NCBI GenBank assembly: GCA_965234725.1
Contig: CBDDUX010000003.1
Location: forward strand, 79,047-143,046
Source of the DNA: Thermoplasmatota archaeon
GTDB lineage: Archaea > Thermoplasmatota > Penumbrarchaeia > Penumbrarchaeales > Penumbrarchaeaceae
Direction: 5' to 3'
DNA length: 64,000 bases
Shown here: positions 39,800 through 49,448 of the stretch, piece by piece
How positions within the stretch are numbered: the first letter of the stretch is position 1
Layout: each line of letters begins with the position of its first letter
Notes under the pieces: generated by a model
Told to the model about the DNA's origin: nothing
Databases searched by the model: none
The model's input: only the letters and a program-made list of their open reading frames with translations
Position numbers and translations under genes: made by a program

Positions 39800-40471
39800 A
39801 TGAAGGCTGTTGTGCTATTGAGTGGAGGTCTTGACTCTTCTACTGTGACCGCCATAGCCAAAGAGAAGGGATACGAGATCCATGCCCTTACCATGATCTA
39901 TGGTCAGCGTCATGATCGTGAGATAGAAAGCGCAAGGAGGGTAGCGAAATATCTCAATGTGAAGGAACACAGGATCACTGAACTTCCACAGGGAATGTTC
40001 TCAGGTTCCTCTTTAACATATGATTCTGAAATACCCTTGGAAAGGGACGTGGATATTGTAGATAGCATACCGTCCACATATGTTCCAGCAAGGAACCTTG
40101 TTTTCCTTTCCATAGCTGTCAGCTGGGCAGAATCACTTGATGCAGACGCTGTATTCATTGGAGTGAACGAAGTTGATTATTCAGGATATCCTGATTGCAG
40201 ACCGGAATTCATCGATGCTTTTCGCATTGCCCAGAAATTTGCTACGAAGAGGGGGATCGAAGGACGGCAGATCGAGATAATAACTCCCATTATTTCCATG
40301 ACCAAAGCTGACATCATAAGGGAAGGTAACAGACTTGGTCTGGATTTCGCATTGACCTGGTCATGTTACAGAGGTGGAGAGAAAGCCTGTGGGAAATGCG
40401 ATTCATGTAATTTTAGATTGAAGGGTTTTATAGAGGCTGGATCGAAGGACCCGCTGTTGTATGAGGAATGA
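39800..40471 (+). CDS. queC: 7-cyano-7-deazaguanine synthase
   Basis: SGGLDS, YGQRH, TYVPARN, GYPDCR, TWSCY, CGKCDSC. Confidence 0.97.
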   Translation: MKAVVLLSGGLDSSTVTAIAKEKGYEIHALTMIYGQRHDREIESARRVAKYLNVKEHRITELPQGMFSGSSLTYDSEIPLERDVDIVDSIPSTYVPARNLVFLSIAVSWAESLDADAVFIGVNEVDYSGYPDCRPEFIDAFRIAQKFATKRGIEGRQIEIITPIISMTKADIIREGNRLGLDFALTWSCYRGGEKACGKCDSCNFRLKGFIEAGSKDPLLYEE

Positions 40472-41157
40472 AAATGACCCTTTACATTAATGAGATATTC
40501 ACATCTGTTCAGGGAGAAGGTATCCATACAGGCCTGGTTACCACCTTCATAAGGCTTGCAGGGTGCGATCTACGGTGTACCTGGTGTGACACACCATATT
40601 CTCTTTCCACTGAGGACGGCCTTCCCTTGTCTATTGAGAAGGTTATGATGGATACCATGACCTTTGGTTCATCCATTGTCTGCATAACGGGAGGAGAACC
40701 TCTTGTGCAGAAGGAGACGGTTTCCCTTGTGGAAAAACTGTTAAAAGAGGGATTTAAAACAGATATTGAGACAAATGGTGCCCAAGATGTATCCATCCTT
40801 CCTTTGAAAGAAAAAGGCCTTTTTCTTTCCGTTGATGTAAAGACACCTTCATCAGGAGAGTCCGGAAGTTTCCTTATGAAAAATATAGATAATATGAGGA
40901 AAGATGATCAATTGAAATTTATTATCAAGGATGTAATGGATCTGGATTTTACTTTTTCTTTTCTGCAAACATATCTACCTTCATGCAATATTATCCTTAC
41001 TCCATGTTCAAATGAAGGTGGAAAGGTCATCGTAGAGAGATTGATATCATTGCGTCGTGAGGAAATGGATGGGTCTTTCAAGAATGTACTCAATAGAATA
41101 AGAGTTATGATCCAGACACATAAGATTCTGTGGCCGTCGGATGATAGGGGTGTCTGA
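40468..41157 (+). CDS. queE: 7-carboxy-7-deazaguanine synthase (radical SAM)
   Basis: EIF.SVQGEG, FIRLAGCDLRCTWCDT, TGGEP, ETNG, QTHK. Confidence 0.95.
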   Translation: MKMTLYINEIFTSVQGEGIHTGLVTTFIRLAGCDLRCTWCDTPYSLSTEDGLPLSIEKVMMDTMTFGSSIVCITGGEPLVQKETVSLVEKLLKEGFKTDIETNGAQDVSILPLKEKGLFLSVDVKTPSSGESGSFLMKNIDNMRKDDQLKFIIKDVMDLDFTFSFLQTYLPSCNIILTPCSNEGGKVIVERLISLRREEMDGSFKNVLNRIRVMIQTHKILWPSDDRGV

Positions 41158-41164
41158 AGGTTGA

Positions 41165-41776
41165 TTATCGGTACATTGACCTTGTGAGTTCGAGGATCTC
41201 TTCTTCGGATAGTTCTTCCTCAATGACCCTTCCATGTTCAGATATCATCGCGGAATTTCCCTGAGGGTCCTCTAAGATGACAGAAAAGGACCCATCCTCC
41301 TCCGGATGTCCGTCCATTGCTGTTTCTATCCTCTTCATGAGGTCACTGGTCCTTTTCATTCTATCCTGGATATCCACAAATTCCTCACTTCTATCGGTGA
41401 GGTCCCTCTCAACTTGAAGGAGAATGCCGTGGACCCTGCTAAGGACACCTTCAACATTGGTTATATATCCTTCATGAGCACTGCCAGGTTGTATTGTGAT
41501 CCCCAGTTCAGGGATCCTTATGGTTGAGGTTGAAGACCTGATGACCCGGATATCGAGATCTTCTTTCGATGTTATCTCGACCGAGAATCTGGATGGAGGC
41601 CTGTTGTCCACAGGCATTACATCTACCGATCTGTAACCGCAGGAAGTACAGATCATTGTTGAGATGACCACATTCCCGAAATGCGGGATCGCAATCTCCT
41701 CGGTATTTATCTTCAGTTCACCAACCCCGCAAACAGGGCAGGTAAGAACGGGTTCTTCTCCCATCTGAATCATCAA
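41165..41776 (-). CDS. ZPR1 zinc finger protein
   Basis: CPVCG, IPHFG, CTSCGYR, IPELG..I.PG, G.ITNVEG, EDP.GNS. Confidence 0.93.
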   Translation of the reverse strand: MMIQMGEEPVLTCPVCGVGELKINTEEIAIPHFGNVVISTMICTSCGYRSVDVMPVDNRPPSRFSVEITSKEDLDIRVIRSSTSTIRIPELGITIQPGSAHEGYITNVEGVLSRVHGILLQVERDLTDRSEEFVDIQDRMKRTSDLMKRIETAMDGHPEEDGSFSVILEDPQGNSAMISEHGRVIEEELSEEEILELTRSMYR

Positions 41777-41788
41777 CTTAAAGTCAGC

Positions 41789-42190
41789 TCATATTCTGTT
41801 CTTCTGGAGCCTCTTCATCTTCTTCTTGTCGATGGAATAACCTTTGGGTGCCACGATCAAGAGGTTCTGTGATATTCCAGCAATATCCCCCTGGATATCC
41901 TCAACGACTCTCTTGAGTTCCGTGATCGTCCTCTTGAGTTCAAGATCATCATTGGCTATCGGGGTGAAATCAAGTACCAGAATATTTCCCTCGTATACAA
42001 GGTTCGAAAGTTCCGGAATCTGTCGGTATCCATCTATATCAGCGAACTTGATGAAGGGACCTCCGGACTTCCTTGCCGTCTCCGTTGCACCGCCTTTGAG
42101 GAGTCCAAGATCGATATAACCTCTTCCCATTCTCATTTCATCAGCCGGGTATTCCTCCTCAGGTTCTGCTCTCTTTTTAAACCAACCCAT
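41789..42190 (-). CDS. sepF: Cell division protein SepF
   Basis: Amphipathic MGWFKK start, YIDL, VYEGNILVLD, GDIAG, ++V.P. Confidence 0.9.
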   Translation of the reverse strand: MGWFKKRAEPEEEYPADEMRMGRGYIDLGLLKGGATETARKSGGPFIKFADIDGYRQIPELSNLVYEGNILVLDFTPIANDDLELKRTITELKRVVEDIQGDIAGISQNLLIVAPKGYSIDKKKMKRLQKNRI

Positions 42191-42344
42191 CTTCTATCCC
42201 TCCATGTTTGGAACCATATCCTTGCTTTGAGGGGATTTAGCTCTATTATTAAATACTTTATCCCCTCCTAACTGTAATTATCGTTTTATCTGGAATATCT
42301 GGCCGAAATTACTTTCGGATAGAAGCATCCCATTAGAACTCTAT

Positions 42345-45300
42345 TTACGTATCCGGGAGGTCGACCTCAGGGTGTGATCGTTGTTCAATGGTTTCTTCTG
42401 GTTCCGGCACCGTTTCAATGGGTAAAGACCCCATTAGTGCTGGACCTGAATGCAGCAATGGATCTTCCGGAAGTTCATAGTCCCCTCCGGGAATTTCCTC
42501 CTTGGGTATGTTCAACGGCTGGAAGATCTCATCTATCCGATCAAAATTATCACCGCATTGATCTGTTTCATCCACTTCAACACAGGAATAATCAATATTT
42601 CGGTCAAGGTCGGAACCTGTTTTCTGGATGAACTCATCCATGGACTTCTTTGAAGCTTCTATTGCCTCTTGTCTCTGCTTTTCCAATTCCTCTTCCTGTT
42701 TCTTCTCTTCTATCCTTTTGAAGAGGAAGAAACCTCCGACTACTAGGCCAATGATCACCAGGATAATCAGGGCTATAAGTATGAAGATGAAGGGAGAGGT
42801 ACTCTCTTTATCATTCTTGATCTGAACAGTTACCGATTCAATATCAGAATATACCGCACCATCCCAGCCCCTTACCTGGATCAGGTATTCACCATCCTTG
42901 TATTCATTGGTATTGAGATTGTATGACCATCTCCCCTCTGAGAACAAGCCATCCACCCACTCGCTGTCCCCCACCTTCACTTCAACGGTCCTTATTGAAG
43001 AAGGAGTAAGTACCAATTCACCACCGATCTGAACCTTTCCTTTCAGCGTCTGGCCATCCTTCAATCCCTGTATCTTGAAGGTCCAGTATCTCTGGGACCT
43101 TTCCACAGAAAGAGTATAGTTATAATAGATAACGAAAACAGTTGATGACAACTTGATAGAAAGGTTGAAATCACCGATCTGGTCCACATCAGGTATCCAG
43201 GTTAGGTTCTGGACGACATCATTGTATTCGAGTCCTTCGGGTCCTTCTACCAGTTCTACTTCGATCCTGTTCTCCTCCGCATCAAAGACATCAAGGTGGA
43301 ATACCCATTCCTCTGTATCGAAAAGAGCTGTTCTTGGATTAGTTCTGAGTATTGGTGATGAATCAGTAAAGGAAGTGTTCAAAGAGAATTTCAAGTCTGT
43401 GGCGTGTCCGTCCACATCACGTGCTCTAACGACGAACTCTATAGGGAAAGGGTAATGCTGGGGAGGTGTCCAGGTGAAATGACCTGTCTGAACATCGATC
43501 CCGGCTCCTTGTATCGGGAAGACAATGATATATGTCACCCGGTCACCAATATCAGGGTCGATCGCTGAAAAGTTATAGATGAATGTAGTTCCCACGAGAA
43601 CCTTCGTTGAGGGATTCGGAGGTTGGGTTAGGAATACTGGGTTATCAGGTTCATCCTTGATCTCAAGTGGGAATGTATAGGACCTTTCATCGGTACCATC
43701 AGAGAGTATGACGGTGAAGTTAACGAATCCTACTTCCCATTTGTTAGGTTTCCAGGAAATGGTCCCTGTCGTATAATCTACAGACATATTGATGGGACAT
43801 TTTGAGTAATCTAGTGTGATATTGATCTCATCCCCCTCATCGTCGATCTTGGAAGGAGAGAAGATAAACATACTGTCCTGATAAACAAATTCACTTGGTG
43901 TCTGTAGAAGGGCAGGAGCATCATTTACCTCATCCACTACTAATTTGATATTGGAATAGGTCAACCTGCCTCCAAGATAATCATCAACTGAGAGGATAAG
44001 ACCCATCTCTCCTGACCAGTTCTTGCCCATATCATCGGTCTTGTTTGTTAGGTCAACACCAAGATACCTATGTTGGGTAATATATACATCAACGAATTTC
44101 TTTTTCGAATCCTCAACTCCAACTGAGAAGTTGAGGTATGGATCAGATGTTACATTATCTGCAAAGATGGTGTAGAGATCTATGACCTTATCATCATGGG
44201 AATCCTCAGGAACATGAATTTCCTCCGGATCATACTCTACATATGGTATCTCATCCACTTCTACATCAATGGCTTCAATCCTGAAATTTCCAGGTGTCTT
44301 CGCTGTTACAGAAAGTGGGACAGGTATGATTTTTTGACCCTCAATTACTTTCATCGACTCATCGAAATTTAAAATGAAATGGTTCATTGCAACTTCCAGA
44401 TCTTCAAAATCAACGGTCTGGTCGTACCTGAAATCAAAATTGGTCAGATTGAAACTATCCGACCCCTCCAATGTGTCAGCGGCAATGGAATCGAATGTTA
44501 GATCAAGATAGACAAAACCCTCGAAATCTGAAGAGTAATCAGAGGTTTTGCTCGAGAGATAGTTGTTGATAATAGTTGAAAGGTCTCCCGATCTTACCGT
44601 ACCTGATAATTTATCACCAGGAAAGGTCCATATGGTGTTTGTATCTATCTTAAGCATTGGTTTATTATCTGTCAATGAGTCTATATCGTAGTATTCATAA
44701 AGCGAAACCTCTCCGGGACCAGTAGAGGATGTTCCAGAGAACTGTGGAGAACCTATGATGATATCCGCAAACGGATCGGGGAATGAGGTCCCTCGTAGAT
44801 TGGCAATTCCGACAGAATGACCGAACATATCACTTGAAGGTCCAGTGTAAGGGATCGATTTCATTGGATTTGAACTGGCTCTTTTCATTACAAGAACAGA
44901 TGATTGCCAAGAGGATGTTCCAGGTGATCCCACTATGATTTCATTGAAATTGTCATTATCCAGGTCTCCTGAAGAGAAACCTGTTCCGAATCCCTGAACA
45001 GGAACAGCTGGAACAAGTTCCTGGTCCAGGACAGAATCCGGAGAAGGTCCCCCATCGTAAAGTAGGATGGAACCTGCTGATTGAGTAGGCACTCCAATAC
45101 CTAAAGTCCCTACACTCTCACCTGTATCTCCCAGAAATTCTATCTTGCCGAATTCGGATGCTCCAGAGTCTCCCAAGGGGTCGATGGTAAGGTCTGATAT
45201 GAGGTCCCAATCTTGATCACTTAGGAATATTCGGACATTATCGTCCGAGGATATGATCAGATCTTCAAATCCGTCGGAATTCATATCACCTGCAGTAATG

Positions 45301-46388
45301 TCACTGCCAAAATGAAGCTCTCCCATTGTTCCATTCAAGACGGTTACAAGGGTAGCGGAGGTGCTGGTGATCTCGAACATGTAAACAACACCGACTCCTC
45401 CATTGGCATCCGGTGCACCAACGAACAATTCTTTGTTCTTGTCCTCGTCGAGGTCACAGACCGCAACCGAAGCTCCAAATCCTTCCCCACTATTGTTCCC
45501 GATTAACTTCACATCATGTGTGGATTGGGAGACACCAGGTGAGTAGGAGAATGTCTTTACAGTTCCATAATTGCCAATTTCATCGTTTGGCGCTCCAATA
45601 GCAACAGCATTACCAGCTGTATTCGAATACTGGAAGACAGGGGAGATCGAACTCCCGAAATAGGCCTTTGATTGTGTTGTTGAAGCGAATAGCACAGGAT
45701 TTTTTTGAAGGGGATAAGAAAGATGATAGACCCTTCCTGCATCCACATTATCATTTGGCGCTCCTACAAGTACCTCGTCTATCCCATCTCCGTTGGTATC
45801 TCCCAATACCTTAATCAGTTCTCCGAAATGAGACCCTGAACTTGAAAGGTTCGTTTTTGTGATATTGAACTCATCTGATCTCTGTGACCCATTGATGTCT
45901 ATTGTGGCCTTGGTCAAAGTTGCATTCTTGGGAAATGCGAACCTTAATTTCACCGGTCCACCCATTGTTTGAACGGCACTGAACACCGACCCATCAGTTG
46001 TCTGATAATTCCGTCCCCAGTCCCCCTGGTATACGAGTTCTTCATTGTTGAACTCATATTCCCTGACTCCCTGAGCAAAATTGATCACCACATCTTTTGG
46101 ATAATCCCGTCCGTCCTCAGTGAATGGATGAACGGAAACGGACATATCCGCGGAAATTACAGTGGCTCCTTCGGGAATTGGATAATAGAAGGAATTATTG
46201 AACTTCTTGGTCTCTGTGATCGGGATAACGGACCCAACCTTCATCTGCAGATCCTCTTCTCCGTCCCTGGATGGTATATTTTGCCGTTCTTCAGTTCCTA
46301 TTGCGAACAAATTCAGAGTTCCCGGAACAACAAGAAGCAGGGTCAAGACAAGAATGGTTGTCATCTTAAAGGCTTTCATCATGGGCAC
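42345..46388 (-). CDS. Cell-surface protein: signal peptide, seven FG-GAP repeats, several Ig/cadherin-like domains, TM anchor, acidic tail
   Basis: FG...GD.N.DG..E+LVGAP repeats; VNDAP, D.E.D, G.ISW.P Ig/He_PIG-like units; TM FIFILIALIILVIIGLVVGGFFLF. Confidence 0.88.
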   Translation of the reverse strand: MPMMKAFKMTTILVLTLLLVVPGTLNLFAIGTEERQNIPSRDGEEDLQMKVGSVIPITETKKFNNSFYYPIPEGATVISADMSVSVHPFTEDGRDYPKDVVINFAQGVREYEFNNEELVYQGDWGRNYQTTDGSVFSAVQTMGGPVKLRFAFPKNATLTKATIDINGSQRSDEFNITKTNLSSSGSHFGELIKVLGDTNGDGIDEVLVGAPNDNVDAGRVYHLSYPLQKNPVLFASTTQSKAYFGSSISPVFQYSNTAGNAVAIGAPNDEIGNYGTVKTFSYSPGVSQSTHDVKLIGNNSGEGFGASVAVCDLDEDKNKELFVGAPDANGGVGVVYMFEITSTSATLVTVLNGTMGELHFGSDITAGDMNSDGFEDLIISSDDNVRIFLSDQDWDLISDLTIDPLGDSGASEFGKIEFLGDTGESVGTLGIGVPTQSAGSILLYDGGPSPDSVLDQELVPAVPVQGFGTGFSSGDLDNDNFNEIIVGSPGTSSWQSSVLVMKRASSNPMKSIPYTGPSSDMFGHSVGIANLRGTSFPDPFADIIIGSPQFSGTSSTGPGEVSLYEYYDIDSLTDNKPMLKIDTNTIWTFPGDKLSGTVRSGDLSTIINNYLSSKTSDYSSDFEGFVYLDLTFDSIAADTLEGSDSFNLTNFDFRYDQTVDFEDLEVAMNHFILNFDESMKVIEGQKIIPVPLSVTAKTPGNFRIEAIDVEVDEIPYVEYDPEEIHVPEDSHDDKVIDLYTIFADNVTSDPYLNFSVGVEDSKKKFVDVYITQHRYLGVDLTNKTDDMGKNWSGEMGLILSVDDYLGGRLTYSNIKLVVDEVNDAPALLQTPSEFVYQDSMFIFSPSKIDDEGDEINITLDYSKCPINMSVDYTTGTISWKPNKWEVGFVNFTVILSDGTDERSYTFPLEIKDEPDNPVFLTQPPNPSTKVLVGTTFIYNFSAIDPDIGDRVTYIIVFPIQGAGIDVQTGHFTWTPPQHYPFPIEFVVRARDVDGHATDLKFSLNTSFTDSSPILRTNPRTALFDTEEWVFHLDVFDAEENRIEVELVEGPEGLEYNDVVQNLTWIPDVDQIGDFNLSIKLSSTVFVIYYNYTLSVERSQRYWTFKIQGLKDGQTLKGKVQIGGELVLTPSSIRTVEVKVGDSEWVDGLFSEGRWSYNLNTNEYKDGEYLIQVRGWDGAVYSDIESVTVQIKNDKESTSPFIFILIALIILVIIGLVVGGFFLFKRIEEKKQEEELEKQRQEAIEASKKSMDEFIQKTGSDLDRNIDYSCVEVDETDQCGDNFDRIDEIFQPLNIPKEEIPGGDYELPEDPLLHSGPALMGSLPIETVPEPEETIEQRSHPEVDLPDT

Positions 46389-46500
46389 CCTCTTTGAGGT
46401 AGGATGGCCGTCGCTATGACATAATCTCTATTTATTCTTTCCAATTTTCCGTGACCAGTAGGTTTATCAAGTCAGGTCCGATGCACTGCATGGTGCTAAC

Positions 46501-47340
46501 ATGAGGATGAGGCTCCAATGTATGCCATGCTTCCTAAGACAGGCTCTCATGGAAATGGACGGTTCGAAAATGTCCGAAGAGAGTATGGACAAGGCGATGC
46601 GGGAGGTCCTTCTTGTTCTATCAGATATCGATTTCGATCTTCCTCCCGTAGGTGTTTCCCTTGTTCTTCATAGAAAATTGATGGAGTATGGTGTCGCTAA
46701 AGATCCTTACCTTTCCCTTAAAAACCTCTCTACTAACAAAACAAAAGAGATCCTCAATGAACTGGAAAGTATGGTCGAAACATCAGGAGATCGACTTGAA
46801 TTGGCAGCAAAGATCGCCATTGCCGGTAATGTTGTTGACTACGGAGCAGCCAATCAACTCGACTTAATGAAAACTCTGAAAAGTGCTATACAAAATGGAA
46901 TGGGGGTGGATGATCATGAATTGTTCAGAGAGGAACTTGCAAAGGCGGAGACCTTGTCATATTATCTTGATAACTCAGGTGAAGTCGTCCTTGATGGTCT
47001 ATTCATGCGTGAGCTCATAAGACAAAGACCCGGTTTGGTCATTAGTGCCTATGCCAAGAAGGTCCCCCTTCTTAATGATGTGACTATAGATGACTGTATC
47101 GAGGCTGGGTTGAACACAATTGAAGGTGTAAGATTGGAAGAACTCAGGGATGAAGGATGGGCATCACCGGAAATGATATCCTTGAATGGAGGTGATATCA
47201 TCATTGCCAAAGGTCAAGGGAATTACGAAAGTCTTTCAGATATGAAGGGACTTTATTTCTTGCTGGTAGTAAAATGCGATTTGATATCAAAGGAGTTGGG
47301 AGCTTCCGTCGGCGAAATGGTTTTCAAGAAGTCATCCTGA
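46501..47340 (+). CDS. DUF89/ARMT1-like metal-dependent phosphatase
   Basis: CMPC, DPY...K, AGN..DYG, DNSGE..LD, NDVT, KGQGNYESL, KC. Confidence 0.92.
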   Translation: MRMRLQCMPCFLRQALMEMDGSKMSEESMDKAMREVLLVLSDIDFDLPPVGVSLVLHRKLMEYGVAKDPYLSLKNLSTNKTKEILNELESMVETSGDRLELAAKIAIAGNVVDYGAANQLDLMKTLKSAIQNGMGVDDHELFREELAKAETLSYYLDNSGEVVLDGLFMRELIRQRPGLVISAYAKKVPLLNDVTIDDCIEAGLNTIEGVRLEELRDEGWASPEMISLNGGDIIIAKGQGNYESLSDMKGLYFLLVVKCDLISKELGASVGEMVFKKSS

Positions 47341-47349
47341 TACACCGAT

Positions 47350-48945
47350 ATGGTCGATGGTGATATATGGGGGGGTATACCTCCAGTTGGGAAAGGCAAA
47401 ATCACCAATAAATGGTCCTTCCTTTTGATCCTGCTGACCGTGATCCTGTTCGAATGGGTTCTCTGGGCTACGTATCGTTATTTATCCCTCCCCATAATCG
47501 AGAGTGCTTTTACCAGACTGGGATTCTTTTTTCATATATTTGCCGCACCAATTATTGGACTCACTCCGATCCTTATATACTGGAAATTCGTGGCTCATGA
47601 GAAAGGTCCTCCATGGAGGTTCACAAAGAAGAACCTGTTCACTTCCATTACTGTTGGAGCAACATCAGCGGCCCTCCTAATGTTGGCATATCAAGTTGCC
47701 AACTGGTTTGTTCTTGTGATCTCCGGGCAAGCAGAACTTACTTCCGCTGCATTGATCTCCCTCTGGAGATCATCCATTGCAAACGGTGATATGGACTGGT
47801 TCATACTGATGACATTTACATTTTTCTTCATTGTTGGGCCGGTAGAGGAACTTCAATATCGGTCATTTCTCCAAGATCAGATAAGCAGGGCATTCACACC
47901 CGCAACAGGTCTACTGCTTGCATCAGCAATGTTCGCACTTTCGCATCTCCCCATTTACATCTTGATTTACAGACTCGAACCCATACAGGTCATGTTGACC
48001 TTATGCTGGACTTTCACAATGGGATCCGTCCTCGGACTTTTCTATTTCCAATCAAGGAATATCATGGGTCCAATAATAATGCATGGATTCTGGGATTGGG
48101 TCCTATCGGTCTGGGTCCTTGATGTCAAGGTAAAGGATTCATATTTTGATCTTGGGCATGCAACTGATGTCCTATGGTTGATCTCTCTGATACCAGTCTC
48201 ACTTCTGATAGTCTTTTTCATCAATATCATGTATTCTTCTTTCTGGAGAGGTAATAGACCTGATAGATCATTCGGGATAGGGCCGATAAGGGGTCTTTCA
48301 AAAATTGCTGATAGGATCGGAGCATCACTTGCCAAAATTAGACCCATGAAGATCTTTAAAGGTTTGGACTCTTCTTCTCTGTCGTTAGGAACAAGGATCA
48401 CCCGCTCAGTTCTATCTGTAGTAATTATTGCCTTGGTAACAATGCTTCTTTCAGCCCCTGGAGCTCTGATATTGAATGATGATATTGGTCTCGAAAGGAC
48501 AGGACCTCCCTTTGATCATGAGGGGCTATCGACTCTTTCATTTTCCCAGGGTCTCTATGTTCAAGAGGGGGAAACTGTTGAGGTGAACATTCCATTAAAT
48601 GAAACGTGGTCTCTACTATCGATAAAGGTGACCATATTCTGGATGGATGAGGATCCTGTGGGGCCAAGGTTCACCAACCTACCCGATATCTTCTCCTCGA
48701 TCCTTGAGATCGATATGGAAGAGACTGATCCCCAGGGTCCTTCTGAATCAGGGTCCCTGATACATTCCTGGGATAGCGTGGAAGGGAACCTTTCCATCAA
48801 GGAGGCAAAGGTCCTGATAAAATGCGAATCAGCAGGTGATGAGACCCCAATTGTTGATCCGATCGGATTGAGAAGGAGAGCGGATGATGGAAATGATGTG
48901 ACAGTATCCGTTCAGATCGGGTATTATGAGACTGTATATTATTAA
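47350..48945 (+). CDS. CPBP/Abi (CAAX-like) intramembrane metalloprotease fused to a C-terminal beta domain
   Basis: EELQYR, FALSH, H...D motifs; extra TM and soluble C-terminal domain. Confidence 0.88.
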   Translation: MVDGDIWGGIPPVGKGKITNKWSFLLILLTVILFEWVLWATYRYLSLPIIESAFTRLGFFFHIFAAPIIGLTPILIYWKFVAHEKGPPWRFTKKNLFTSITVGATSAALLMLAYQVANWFVLVISGQAELTSAALISLWRSSIANGDMDWFILMTFTFFFIVGPVEELQYRSFLQDQISRAFTPATGLLLASAMFALSHLPIYILIYRLEPIQVMLTLCWTFTMGSVLGLFYFQSRNIMGPIIMHGFWDWVLSVWVLDVKVKDSYFDLGHATDVLWLISLIPVSLLIVFFINIMYSSFWRGNRPDRSFGIGPIRGLSKIADRIGASLAKIRPMKIFKGLDSSSLSLGTRITRSVLSVVIIALVTMLLSAPGALILNDDIGLERTGPPFDHEGLSTLSFSQGLYVQEGETVEVNIPLNETWSLLSIKVTIFWMDEDPVGPRFTNLPDIFSSILEIDMEETDPQGPSESGSLIHSWDSVEGNLSIKEAKVLIKCESAGDETPIVDPIGLRRRADDGNDVTVSVQIGYYETVYY

Positions 48946-49091
48946 TAAAATAATCAAATAGAATTTGGTGTAGAGAGAGGGATTCGGTACAGCAAAATCC
49001 CTACAGGATTTCGCGTACATTTGTTCATAGTACAGATGTGATGAACAAATAACCAAGGTTCGAATCCCAAGGTTGACATTTGAACAGAAAG

Positions 49092-49175
49092 TGCAGGGAG
49101 AGGGATTCGAACCCACGAACCACTAAGGATCGGATCTTAAGTCCGACGCCGTTGGCCAAGCTAAGCTATCCCTGC
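49092..49175 (-). tRNA. tRNA-Leu (anticodon TAA), no intron, CCA not encoded
   Basis: GCAGGGA/TCCCTGC acceptor stem, TCGGA-CTTAAGA-TCCGA anticodon arm, long variable arm, GTTCGAAT T-loop; one T-T mismatch in the T stem. Confidence 0.93.
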
Positions 49176-49394
49176 AGATTATCAGAATTTTGGGTTACAA
49201 TGCAGGGATACTATTTTAGGCCAACGGCGTCCCCTTTTAGCTTAAAAGAAATTAAAGGGGTTATGGCCAAGATGGGCTATCGAAGATGCCCTATCCGTGA
49301 ACGAAATTCTCGAAGAGAATTGGGTTCTAAGCTATCCCTGCAGATAATCAGAATTTTGGGTTACAATGCATGGATACTATTTTAGGCCAACGGC
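49161..49394. repeat. 68-bp direct repeat (49161-49228 and 49327-49394) containing tRNA-Leu 5'-end sequence in both orientations
   Basis: The copies differ at two positions by eye. Confidence 0.9.
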
Positions 49395-49448
49395 CCCCTT
49401 TTTTATTTCCATACCTATCGAATCTTCAATAGTTTTTTAACCAGATTC

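Noticed and set aside
39282-41157. queDCE as part of a dpd DNA-modification defence island
   Set aside because: No dpdA/tgtA5-like genes nearby; the housekeeping context fits preQ0/archaeosine synthesis
49161-49394. CRISPR array or a second tRNA gene
   Set aside because: Only two long copies with no repeat-spacer periodicity and no cas genes; the fragments cannot form a cloverleaf
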